Below the pieces are notes generated by a model. That model did not search any database. It worked only from the letters and a program-made list of their open reading frames with translations, and was not told the DNA's origin. The position numbers and the translations under genes are program-made. This document shows positions 52,301 to 64,000 of a stretch of 64,000 bases of DNA, piece after piece. Source of the stretch: Gonapodya sp. JEL0774 (Eukaryota); the NCBI GenBank assembly GCA_027604505.1, contig JADIIX010000029.1, positions 1 to 64,000 on the forward strand, given 5' to 3'. Every line of letters begins with the position of its first letter. Positions within the stretch are counted from its first letter, which is position 1.

Positions 52301-52892
52301 CACTGTTGGTGCTCGCGGTCCTGCTCACAAGAAATCCAACTTATAACCCCATGTGTGTATGACTACTCGTGTGGGCGATGTCAGGATCGCGGCCCGTACA
52401 GTGTGTTAGAATGGCTGTTGGTAGTTCCCCTGGTCGGATCAATATTCGGCGTGGCTGACTTCCCTCAATCTATGAGCTCGAGACGTCTTTGTCAACCGTG
52501 AAGTCGCCCGACTAATTGCTGTTCATCGTGCGCGCAACTTTGTAGATACGATAAGTTAAAAAATGTGAATGTTACGTGTGCACTTTGAGCTGCAAACTCT
52601 GATGGCTCGGTGTCTGATCTGCACTATGCCCAATGGTATCGGTTATAGGTAATTCTCAGCCGCGATCTGCTGCGCTCAGCTATTGTGGTTTGACACAGGC
52701 AGAGCTCCCAGAAATTAGACGGACCGAGAATGAGAACTCAGAGCATCAGTTACAGGGTGAATCGACGGGGCTCTATCCGTGGTCACGGGATACAAGAAGT
52801 AGGTGTTCTATTCCAACGAAATCAACCTAGCTTACAGGACCTGTGTGCCACTGCAATCACCTGCAACCGCAGGTCCGTGAAATGCACGTACA

Positions 52893-54264
52893 CTAGTTCA
52901 TCAGTCTCACCAAATCATTAATTAACAATTCCCTGTTGCCCATTTCACCTCCCTCGACAAAGTTCATGACTTTTTTCCCCGGAAGCCCGCCAGTGGGAGT
53001 CGACAGCTTAAACGGCCAAAGGAAGTTTGACACCTCCTTAAAATGTGGTCCGACGGTGGAGATTTCGTGCACGAGGTCCTCCACAGACACGATGCCATAT
53101 TTTCCGAGTTCTGCCTCGATGACTTGGTTGGAGGAAAGGGGAATGCGCTGCTTCTTTACCTTGGCGTAGCCCCGTTTGTAAATCAGGTCGCGTACAGTTT
53201 TAACACTAGGGTAGCTGTCGTGAACGGAGGGAGAGGGTGGTAGAAAGTGGCAGCGATATTAGCGGACGCAGTGTAAGGTAAAAAATTTTGTGTAAGAGGT
53301 TATGGGACCACCAGAGAATTGAACGCACCCCCATGCGACGTAAGGGCTAACGATCTGGAGCATTTGCATGGTAGCCTTGTTGAGCTTGACGAAAACACCG
53401 TTGTTCATTTGGAGAAGTCGGAGGAGCTGGAGTATCTTGCGGGGCTTAGGGGCTAATATGTTTACACTAAAGGGTGTACAAATCTCAGACATGCAGTGTT
53501 CAGACAAACCGGGGGCATACCAATGTGGTCACCGTAATCTCCCCATCCCCGCAAGAACTCACCCCTTTAACCGCACAACAAACGCTAGCTGGTTCTCCGC
53601 GGGAACGTACACGTTACCCGCGTTTCGAGCCAGGCGGCGGAGTCGAATATCCTCTCGCTCCTTGGCGAGGTACTCCTTAACATACTGCTCTGCCCGTTTG
53701 AAAATGACGCGGCGCTTGCCCTTGGTGGCCTGTGCATGCGATCACGGAAAGTCTCGTGTCAGCCATAACGTCCTGTGGATAGCAACATCGCGGGTCCGCT
53801 GATCAGCTCTCTTGCGCGATTTTTACGTTGAATCAAACCGTCCAGTGATATCGTCAGTCCGCAAGTGGGTGCTAATCTTTGTACCGTGCTGTACCCTAAG
53901 ATATGATCTTGAGCTGTTGTGGAATCTTGCACTAATACCATCTTGAACTCATCCGAACCGCTCCGTCTTTAAGTTCCCCCCACCGTTGTAGGCTGCAAGC
54001 GCAGTTTGCTCACCTTTTTCTGCTCAGACCTCTCCCCAACAAGCTTTTTCTGCAGTGCTTCTGCTGTTTTCCGCTTCTTAAGGATAGTCTCCGGGACTGT
54101 AGGTTTCCTGAGAGAAGTGCGCAAAAAAATCCTCAGCTGACTCGCCCGCTTTAAAGATCCAGCTGTCGGCGTAAATCCTCAACCCATCATTTTCCACTAT
54201 TCCCACGCAATGAATCTCTCCATTCGTGGTTCACGCAAGCATGCACTCACTCGGTCGTCGGCAT
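52893..54264 (-). CDS. RPL7: 60S ribosomal protein L7 (uL30; spliced)
   Basis: [66 protein letters not shown] and INDLVRLMN*. Confidence 0.95.
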
Positions 54265-54464
54265 TGCTGCTGATGGTCTGCTCGCGTTTCGCGCGAGAAA
54301 CAGTAGAAGCTGGAGATGAGTCTTTGAACTGTCCGACTCGGGCAACTTCTTATCGCGCACCTGCCCGATCCGTTTGTCGTCTTTCTGTTCGCAGGGAAAA
54401 AATGATCCCCTGTCGTGAAGGAGGGATCATGGACCACAGCAGCATAAAACCAACGGATATCCAC

Positions 54465-56376
54465 ATGCCACCTCCACGACGGCCCCCAGGCCCGACCACC
54501 CGCCGTCCGCCTTCACAAAAAGAGTCAGCGTCTTCACGTACCAATCGTGGTGCTCATGGTGGCTCAACAGACGCTCCCCGCTGGTTACTTCAACTCTTCA
54601 AATTCGTTCCGTCGCCACTTGCACCTTTGCTCACCTACATCATGGGTCTCGCATTCGATAGAGCGTGCTACCGTCATCTCGTTGGTTGGATCCTAGTGTG
54701 GGAGACCGTCCTCGGTGTCGCTGTCATTCAGTTCATTGGATGTGAGTGTTGAACATTTGAACTAGCTGCCAACCCATTCCCTGATTCATGCTCCAAAGAC
54801 ACTGAGATCGACTGGTTCACTTATATGCAGCAAGTGGCACTGTTTTTGGCGGGTCAAAGACATTATAACAAGCTTGAAGGCGATACCGGTCCTCTGGTGT
54901 GAGCTTTTCATGAATTACCTTGATGCAATCTCGCGCTTTAGCTCCAATTCATTCGAGCGTCAGCTATCCGGCAGGTCATGTCTACATCTACTCGGCTCTA
55001 TCTTTTGTAACAGATGGTGGTGCGAACGTTCGGCTTGGTCAGTACATCTTCCTGGCACTGTATTTAGTGTCACTGTGGGTGTTCTGCAGTATTTTGGAAA
55101 ACTCCCGTGTGGTGGGTTGATGCAATGTTGAAGGTTTTGCTTATTGTTATATAATACAGTAGGGTCTGCTCTTTTGCAGTTCCCTCAGTACCTCCTACCC
55201 CTGCTGACAATGTCAAAGCGACTGCATTCGATCTACACGCTGCGTCTCTTTAACGATCCATGGGCTATGCTTGCTCTGTATGTTACTATTTTGCTGATGC
55301 AACGTGGCAAATGGCGATTGGCCGCGATCTCGTACAGGTGAGAGTGGCTGCTCCAATTGACTCCAAAACTCGGATCAAGAATGGTCACATGTTCGGAATC
55401 GGGCGCTACAGTCTGGCATTATCGGTGAAGATGAACATCTTATTGTTTACTCCAGCTTTTGCTATCCTTAATCTGCAAGCGTGCGGATTGACTGGGTCCG
55501 TATTCAATGCTACACTCTTCGCCACGGTGCAAGTGAGTCGCTGTTGGCCCGTTGAAGGAGAAGCTTGTCTGCTGTTTCCTCCTTTCCGTCTCTTATGTTT
55601 ACTCTTCGCCAGCTTGTGGTGTCACTCCCCTTCACATTGGTCGACCCATACGCGTATGGACACCGCGCATTCGATTTCAGTAGGGTTTTCTTGTACAAGT
55701 GGACAGTAAATTGGAAATTCTTTTCGGAAGATGCCTTCTTAGACCCTCAGTTTGCCTCCACGTTGTTGATTAGCCATGGGATGCTGTTGGTGATGTTCAT
55801 GGTCAAATGGATTCGGTGAGTAATCACGCTCGTTTGTCCTCGACAAACCGAACTCAAAATTGAAGCTTCTTGATTCCTGCAGCCCAAACGAAACTCTCTT
55901 TTCGCTTATTGTTAAGTCTGCTAAAGTTCCTGCTGTTGGCGTAATCGCACCGACATACACACGTCTACCCGTCGATCACATCCTCTCCACCATGTTTACC
56001 TGCAACTTGATCGGTATTTTATGTTCTCGGTCGTTGCACTATCAGTTTTGGAGTTGGTACGCATGGCAAGCACCCTACATCGCGGTTCATGGATTCGGTG
56101 GTTTCTTGTCAACGTACGTTCTGAGAAGTTTGATTAAGCGGGTCATTGCACGATTATCAACTGCATCGTTTGAATTATAGAGTCGCTGCCTTTTTTGCGT
56201 TGGAATACACATGGAACGTGTATCCGTCCACTCCACTCTCGTCACTATTACTAGTCGCAACCAATTTGATGTTGCTCGCAGTGTCATTTACACGCGGAAA
56301 GTGGGGCTTGGAGGACTGGAGTGTTTCTGGTCTGTGTAAAGATCAAGAGCGGGAAACTTCATCGAAGGATCCGTGA
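54465..56376 (+). CDS. ALG3: Dol-P-Man:Man5GlcNAc2-PP-Dol alpha-1,3-mannosyltransferase (spliced; alternative start at 54429)
   Basis: [61 protein letters not shown] and WNVYPST. Confidence 0.93.
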
Positions 56377-56714
56377 GCTTCGTCAGTAAATAAACTCTGC
56401 AAATTGAACCTCATGCCCTCAGGACGCCAAACAAGCTGTATGTAGCGATGATCTGACCATTTTTACACTACCATGAAGTTCCGCATTAGTCATCGCAGTC
56501 ATCACATGTCGAAAGGGGTGAAATTAACGCTTGTCAAAGTTTATACTGTGCTTCATGTTCATTTTCATTTTTCACAAAAAGATGATGTACCAACAACCTG
56601 CTGCTATATACAGATTATGAACTTCACTAGTAATGGTTCTTAAATAGGATGCTTTTCTGATTCGGCGTAGCAGTCCCAGATAATCAATATTTTATCCTGG
56701 TCCAATGTGCACTG

Positions 56715-58974
56715 TCACCTTTCCTTGTTCTCTGCTGCGCTCACCATACCCGCAGCCTGATTCTCCAATGACGATAACAGACTGTCCTTCCCATTCGAAC
56801 CCAACCTTTTGATAGATTCCCTGCTCCGAGAAAGTAGGGCCAACGCGCTGTTATCCTCCGGCGAATTTTTGATTGACAAAGTTCTCTTGACATAGTCGCC
56901 CTGCTCCAGCAAGTTCGGTAGCTGCTTCGAGAGTGGCACTCCACCCACATTGTGTGACGGAGGGGATTCTTTCGTGATCCCGTCGGTGCTTCTTCGACCT
57001 GTCGACGACGGGCGAGGGGGCACACATATCGCAAGGGAGGCAGATTCTGGTGATGTCGACACGGGTGGAGTGGGCGGAATAGGAATCGGCACGTTGTTGT
57101 TCCAATCCGTACGTTCGACTGAAGGCCCGCCATGCACGGCGACAGGAGCCACCACCGTCGCATTGATTAGGACTGCAGAAACAGCTTCACCCTTCCCCAC
57201 AGATGGTCTCACGCCGTCCTGCGACGTGCGGAGACCATTATTCATGAGTAATGACGATATCCTCGAGTGCGATCCAACGCTTGCCCGCCGCTGGTCATCA
57301 AGCCAAGCGATCCATTCAAATTCAGATTCAGTCGCCTGAAACTGGTATCCCCAGTATGGTTCTTCGTGTTCGTTCCAAAGCTGGTCGATAAGCAAACCGG
57401 GAACAAGGTTCTCGAGGTTTCGTGGAGGTCCGGTGGCGAGAAACGCTTCCGCATTGACTTGTCTGAGGTCCGGCGAGTATTTCGCGTCACAGCCAAGGAC
57501 ATGCGATGACCCGACTTTTAAATGCCTAGGAGGCGTGCGTAACACGTCGATCCAAACAACTCACCTCATGTTCGCAATCTCCTGCTTTGACAAAAATTTT
57601 CTGAGCCATGGGTGCTCGAGAGCAACTTCTGCTGTCATTCTAGTGAGTGGACTCATGGCCAAGAGCTGCTTGACAAAGTTTCGCGACTCCGGGCTGAGCA
57701 CTCGCCACGCAGGATGTGTGAAGGCCAACTGTCGCACTTTCCCACCAGTCCATGATGGCGGACTTCCAGTCAGTAGAGTGTGCGCGATCATGCCGAGAGA
57801 AAACATATCGGCTGGTGTTCCATAGCCATTACCGTCCCACACCTCTGGCGCTGAGAGAAAAGTACAAATATAGGGAATTGTTTCAGCGGTGGCGTGCCAC
57901 AAAGAGGTGGCACCAGATTTGTACAAGCTAGGTCTTACCTGTATACAATGGCGTTCCGATTTGGGTCCTAAGTCGTTCCTGGTCCTTCTCAATACGATTC
58001 GCGATGCCAAAGTCGACAAGCAAAAGTGGAGAGCTAGGACTCGGATCTTTGAAGACGATGTTCTTGGTGCGCAGGTCCCGGTGGACTATCCCGCTGTGTG
58101 ATTGTAGTGCGATGTGCGAACAGTTGGGTGTGAGAGATGGAATGATACCACGAAACTGCGGGCCCAGCCTTTTAACTCTTACTGTGCATGCAGAAACGCC
58201 AGCACGTTACATAAAGTGGCGAGGATAAGAGCAGAGTCGCGTTCGGTGAGGTGTCCGCGTGAGACGACACGGTCAAACAGCTCTCCGCCAGTCGCTCTTG
58301 AATGTGCGGGAGCGCAATGTTACACATCAGCCACTGAATTCCAAGGCATGGCCGACGTATTCTTTTCTTACAGTGCAAACACCATATAGAAGTTCGTCTT
58401 GTCTTCAAAGTAATCAATGAGCTCTATACGTCAAAGTTGAGGCAATGGAGTCAAAATTCAGCCAGAAACACAAGGAGAAGGACTGCAAATGTTCGTGCCA
58501 AAGACATCAAACAGTTATCAGTTGCGGAACTCACCACAAACATTCGGGTGCCACTTTGCTGTTTGAAGGATGGCCACCTCTCGCCTCCAAGCAGCTGCAA
58601 TCTCTTCGGACGAGCCATGTACTGCACTGGACCCACCAGAAGTCACTTTACGTATAGTTTTAAGCGCGACATGCTTTCCAGTTGGTCCATGGATCGCCTC
58701 TTCGACTTGGCCTTGAGCTCCTTTTCCTTTGGGCCGAATGGTCGCATTACAGTGGTCGACAATTGGCAGAAATAAAACTCACCAAGGAGGCGAACGACCG
58801 TGTACTCCCTTTTCTTTGCGAGATCCCCTTCAAATTTGCTGAAGGAGAGGAAGTAGAAGTGGATTGACAAAGGTAACGGAGTATGGAACCAAAAGAAAAG
58901 TTTCTGTCCCCACACCTGTAGTCGTCAGCGGAAGGGTTTGCCCGCTTCAAAAATGCACTAAAGATCCTCTTCAT
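56715..58974 (-). CDS. CAMK-group (CaMKI-like) protein kinase with a long C-terminal tail (spliced)
   Basis: LG|KGAQGQV, HVALK, HPNV, ATGGELFDRV, HRDLRTKN, DFG, GTPLYT|APE, DMFSLG and RMTAEVALEHPW. Confidence 0.85.
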
Positions 58975-59335
58975 GTGAGGCAAAAAGCACGGAGCGAGCG
59001 GCTTTTGCAGATGACTTTTAGTCCGAAAACTCCCAGCAAGTCCACCACCACGATGTCGTCGCCGCAGGGACGCCGCGAGTGTGCTGTCCAGACTTGAATC
59101 GGCGTGGAACCTGAGAATCACCGACGATCGTGTTTGTTTGATTATGAGATGGTCAGCGAAATGTAGGGGAAACGATTCCCCCGTCAAACGACACGAATGT
59201 GACAAGGCACAGTTCGCCCTAAGGACACTCAACTGGTGTGGCCATTTCCAAAGCTCCAAAATTCCGAAACAACAGATCTTCAAACTTACACTCGCTAGTA
59301 CTAACGTTAGACACGAGGAGTCCTGCGTTCCCCTC

Positions 59336-62300
59336 TTATCTTGCACGTATGAGTGAATCCAACAGTACATCTACAGGATCAGATGGCAGTACAACCTCAA
59401 ACCTCAGATTCATGATCAAATACATAGCCAAATGTTCCAATAAACTACAGCTCAAATAGTCACCATGCGACCGAAAGAAAGTCCTTTGATTTTTGAGTGT
59501 ATTCCGGCTTATCGCCAATTTAACCTGTCCTGAGACGATTCCTGCTCCAGACAATCCACACAAACCTCGGAAGAAGGGCCACCACCACAGCCAAAATAAT
59601 TTGTGCGTGGACAGCTACCTCAGTTAGCACAACCCGAGACGACCCTTCTAGTTCGGTTAAAGTAATTCGAAGGGAGGAGAGAACGATTGTCGCAATAAAT
59701 ACGAGAGATGTAGAGCCAACGTGAATGATCAGAGTAAGGAAGTTCCAATAGCGCTGTTGTAGCAAGGTCGAGATGTTGACGGCCACTACAACGTTGAGCG
59801 CGCTCATGACTCCAATTGAGATGCGGTCCACAGGCAATCCAGAGCTGAAGTTTCCGTCGTAAGTGACTCCAAATGGAACAAAAAAGCACACTGCTCCTTG
59901 GTACATGGAGTCAAGGACGAACCAAAAACTTTCACAGGTGGATTGTGACCCATGTCGAACAAAATTTCAGTCTAATATAATGATGACGAAAAAGGTATTT
60001 AAACCACACTCACAAGCTTTTCAAATCAAATGAAGTATCTACTCGGGCCTGGGGATAAAGCTCGGGGTGGGCCAGCGCAACTGTCTTCGGAATATCTTGT
60101 TCGAGTGTGCCTAACAAAACGACGTGTGGTGGCACTGGTAAGGTTTGTTTCCGCAAAAAGGTACTCCTAAAACAAACCCATTGTAACAACAGTCGCCGAT
60201 GTGAAGACCACATTGAAAAGCAAAACGTAAAGGTAGTCAGTGGCGAACGTCGCGGTGTTTCTGGTCGATTCAAGAGGTGAGAGTAGCCTTATGATCGTCA
60301 GAGGGAACACATTGCACGCCAAAGGCTACTCACGCTGCAAAATACTGGTACGTGTAGTTCATGCTTGCCCAAGCAAGATTCTTGTAGAAAATATTCGAAA
60401 CCATTAGTGCAAGCCGAACATAGGACCAACGACCGTGGACGAAGAAGAGGTTCGCCAAAAACCGGAATTGGGCTGGCGAAAAGTTTGCAAGAAGCTGACA
60501 TACCACACCGCGATAACTTGCGTGTAAGATGGGCTATTCGAAACTCACAGATCGAGTAGTCACTAGCGGCGGCGGCTTGGTTGCCCTCGCTACCCACGAT
60601 ACCGACTCCAATATTCGCCTCCTCAATCATCCTTCGATTGGGGTATGCGGCTAATCAATATTACCGTTACGAAAAAGTCAACAGTGAAACCTGTCACACT
60701 CACCCGACGTCGTTCGCGCCGTCACCAACGGCCGCAACTACGACATCCATTCCCTGTCTCACAATGGTACATATTTCCCACTTTTGCCTCGGACTCATCC
60801 TGCAAAACATGACACCATCGCAGCGTGTTGCAAGATCCAGCAGTTCCTGCCTTCCTCGATCTGTTTCGAGTGCGATGGCCACGGCGTCGCCGTCCATGAC
60901 CAGTCCATAGCTCACCAAACTTTGTTCGGGCGATCGACGGCCAAGAGTGAACTTCCCCATGGCGATGAAGAGTGCCTTCAGACTTGGGTATCGTTTGAGA
61001 AGCTTGGCTTGCAAGGGCGATAAACGTTTCGGTGAAGGTGCTTTGAGGCTGTTGTTGATGTCGTGAAGCTGCCGAGCAACGTTGGCACCCGGATCCGGAG
61101 AAGTAATGGTGTGGACAGTCATGGTAGAGTTGAGGAGTTGGCACGAGTAGCCGATATTGACGGCGGTTTCGACCTGCAAATGAAGTGTGATGTCATCAAT
61201 GCTTTGTGCGAACATAGAGATGTATTGCGCGAACGAGTTCGATGGTACTTGCTTTGTCGCCTGTCAGCACCCATACCTTCATACCTGCCAACTGCAAGTC
61301 TCTGATTGTCTCAGGAACCTGCCACAAAGTCAACAACCGACTCAGCACCGCGATACACAAATCATAACTGATCCATCTTCACCCACCTCATCCTGCAATC
61401 TATCCTCGATCGCAGTCGCACCGACCAGCCTCATATCACACTCTAGGTCCCCGTACACGCTCTGCACCGCCTCCTCCCGATCCTCCATACTCTGCATGGC
61501 CTCGTCAAGTTGTTCTTTCCAACGTATGTATTGGTCTGTGGTGATGCGGCGGTACGCAACGCACAGGGTGCGCAGACCAAGGCGGGCGAATTGCGTCAAG
61601 TGCTCGTTCGTGGCGGCGATGAGGGAGGCCGAGGTGTCCGGTGCACGGGGAATCACGGTGCTAAGGGCCGTGTGAATAGATCACGAATGTGAGATGACGG
61701 GCAACGAATGTGTGGGATTGTCCATGTTACACACGGTATTATGACAACCGGTAGCGATTGAGACGCAGCAATGGCAAATCCAACCTCACCTGTCCGCCCC
61801 CTTTGAGTACACCAAAACCCCTTCCTCCCCAACCTTTCTCACCACCACACTCATCATCCTTCTCTCACTCGAAAACTCGCAAATATGCAGGACCTCGAAT
61901 TCCTCCACCTTGCCTCCCCTGGTGCCGATCCTCACCCACCGACCGTCAGCGCTGCGACTCAAGAATTCAAAGTTGCAACGCCGCCCAAACTCCACCAGAG
62001 CCTTCTCGTCTGGAGATTCAGCTTGGATAGCAAAATGGGGGGCTATGGGCGTCGGCACGGTGTGGCATACCGCCAGGCAAGTCAAAAAGTGGCCCAGCAG
62101 CGACGAATTGGGTTCGCTGGGGTCACTGTCACTCTCAGTCACACCGCTGTTGTTCGATTTCGAAAGCGGATCCGCATCTGCCAGGATCGTCTCCGACTTC
62201 TCCCCCCGGCTCTCCCTAATTCCCCCCTGCACCACATCTAAATGTGGTCCCTCGGGGACCCCAGCCCTCATTCCCGCCCCACCCTGATCGCTGCCCAAAC

Positions 62301-64000
62301 CACGCCTTCTCCTCGACAGCGTCCTCTCCAAGTTCCCTCCCAACTTCTCGTCCTCTGCGTGCATCAAGACCCCCCCTATCGAACACGACCGGAACTCCAT
62401 CTTGTTCTGGGTTAAGGTACCCGTCTTATCGGACAAGACCACCTCGATCTGTCCCATATCGTCCATGACGTTCCAGTTGCGCGGGCGCGCACGCACTCCG
62501 GTGCCGTCCACGCCGGGAAGACTTGTGTCGAGCATGTCGTCGTCTTCGGCGATGAAGTAGACTTGAAAGGCACGGGCGATTTCGATGGTGGTGTACAGAC
62601 TGCGTCGGGGGACGAGGGACGGAGATTTCGGGTGCCGTCACCAGTTCGAGTGGTAAGAGTGGTGATTGGTCAGGATGACAAACAAACAAGGGAACTAAAA
62701 GGGCTCCCACAGTGCCAGTCGCTCCATGCACTCAACTCCAGCTTTGCATTCCCACCCCGTCGTACCGCACTTCTCACCGAACCTCCGCCTCTCCACGCCT
62801 CGATACAACCACCTTCGGTAGAACACTCCAGACGCACCTTATCGGAATAATTGTCTGAATGACAATCATACTCGTCCAAAACGTGATGAAGAAGCCGGCG
62901 ATGTTGTTGTCGTGGTTTCCCTTTGCGAACAAAGGTGCCGGGTTCTCCTTACTGTAGGTCGCAAAGACGGCCACGTAGCGGGCAGAGGTGGCCATGGCCA
63001 TCAAGATCATGAGGACGAAGTTGAGAGTGACCTTTGGGTGGGAGGGAGGGAGGGGAGGGGCGGGGGAGGTTGAGTACCCCATGCTGTTATCTCCACACCC
63101 TCATCTGCCCTACGCCTTGCCCCAGTCTCCCCCAACCCACCATCACATTCATGACCCTCTCCGCCCTACTCTGCTTCCCCTTCACCTGCCCCCCGTTCCT
63201 GACCACCCTCGTATCGTGTCCCGTGTACACCACGATGCCCACGACCCACCCCGTGTTGCGTACCACTGCGCCCCGGAGCAGGAGGTTGGACAGGTCGAGG
63301 GGGAAGACGAGTGGGGGTGGAGGGGGAGTGGGAAGAGGAAGGGTGAGCGTCGCGGGGAGCGGGGTGGGGCGGGTGAGCGTCCCGGGGCGAGGGGCGAGCG
63401 AGGTGCGGCGGGTTGCGGGGACTAGAGATGATGGTGATGGCGAAGTGCCTGTTCCGCCACCGGTACCCAGGCCAGCTCCTGCACCTGCACCTCCACCTGC
63501 ACCGACTGTGGGGACCACCCTGCTCCCCCTCCTCCTCCACATCCCCCCTCCATTGTCCCTCTCCCGAGCTTCTTTCTCCACCTTCTCGCGCACCTCCCCG
63601 TCCACTACCACCAGCCTCCCCTGGAACTTGACCAGACTCGCGCTCGGCGGCTCTGCGTCCACGGCCATCCAAGTGGTCGCAAGACGGGCGAGCGCGCGGT
63701 GGAGGGCAGGGTCCCGGGTCGGATCTGTCGACGGGAAGCCTTCCGCGCCCGGGTCCGGGTCTGCGACTTTGGCGAGGTCGTCTCCTCGGAAACCGTAATC
63801 GTCAGGGGTCTCCGCGGCGGCGGCATCTCCACTCAGATACCCGTCGTCCCAGCCCACACACCAGCGACTCTTGAGGTTGGTCTCCCCGTCCAGACTCTTT
63901 GTCTCGAGGCGACACACCCCGGCTTTTTCTGAGCTGGCGAGCGGGACGATGTCGGCGGGCACGGCGTCGTCAGAACGGAGGAGGACCAGATCGCCGGGGA
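59336..64000 (-). CDS. P4-type ATPase phospholipid flippase (Dnf/Drs2 family); 5' end outside the window, 3' end approximate
   Basis: VPAD, ETKSLDGETNLK, LLLRG, VYTGHDT, SDKTGTLTQN (phosphorylation site), AESPDE, FSSERR, KGAD, GATAIEDRLQ, CRMSPRQK and GDGANDV. Confidence 0.92.

Overview
This is eukaryotic, intron-rich and gene-dense DNA, most likely from an early-diverging, chytrid-like fungus. That is an inference from fungal-type housekeeping genes occurring together with FANCI, VMP1 and presenilin. In order, the window holds: the 3' end of a chromodomain-bearing Ty3/Gypsy element with its LTR, a CpG-depleted decayed repeat, ELP4, a cyclin K/T-like gene, the PP4 catalytic subunit, a hypothetical gene, a class I glutamine amidotransferase-like gene, MGR2/ROMO1, LAS1, a full-size ABCG transporter, a large secreted protein with a near-identical ~1.5 kb internal duplication, FANCI, VMP1, a GST-like-domain-fused ArgRS, a COG4091-type oxidoreductase, histone H1, presenilin, a PB1-like hypothetical gene, RPL7, ALG3, a CaMK-like kinase and a partial P4-ATPase. 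The most notable observations are: a mitochondrial LSU rRNA fragment abutting the LAS1 start codon; a ~270 nt highly self-complementary intergenic segment with a telomere-template-like 8-mer; a two-copy structured motif with compensatory changes flanking histone H1; an ArgRS with an unusual domain fusion and a plant-like core; and an ABCG transporter with one coherently degenerate ATP site. CDS coordinates are gene spans including introns, and exon boundaries were read by eye.
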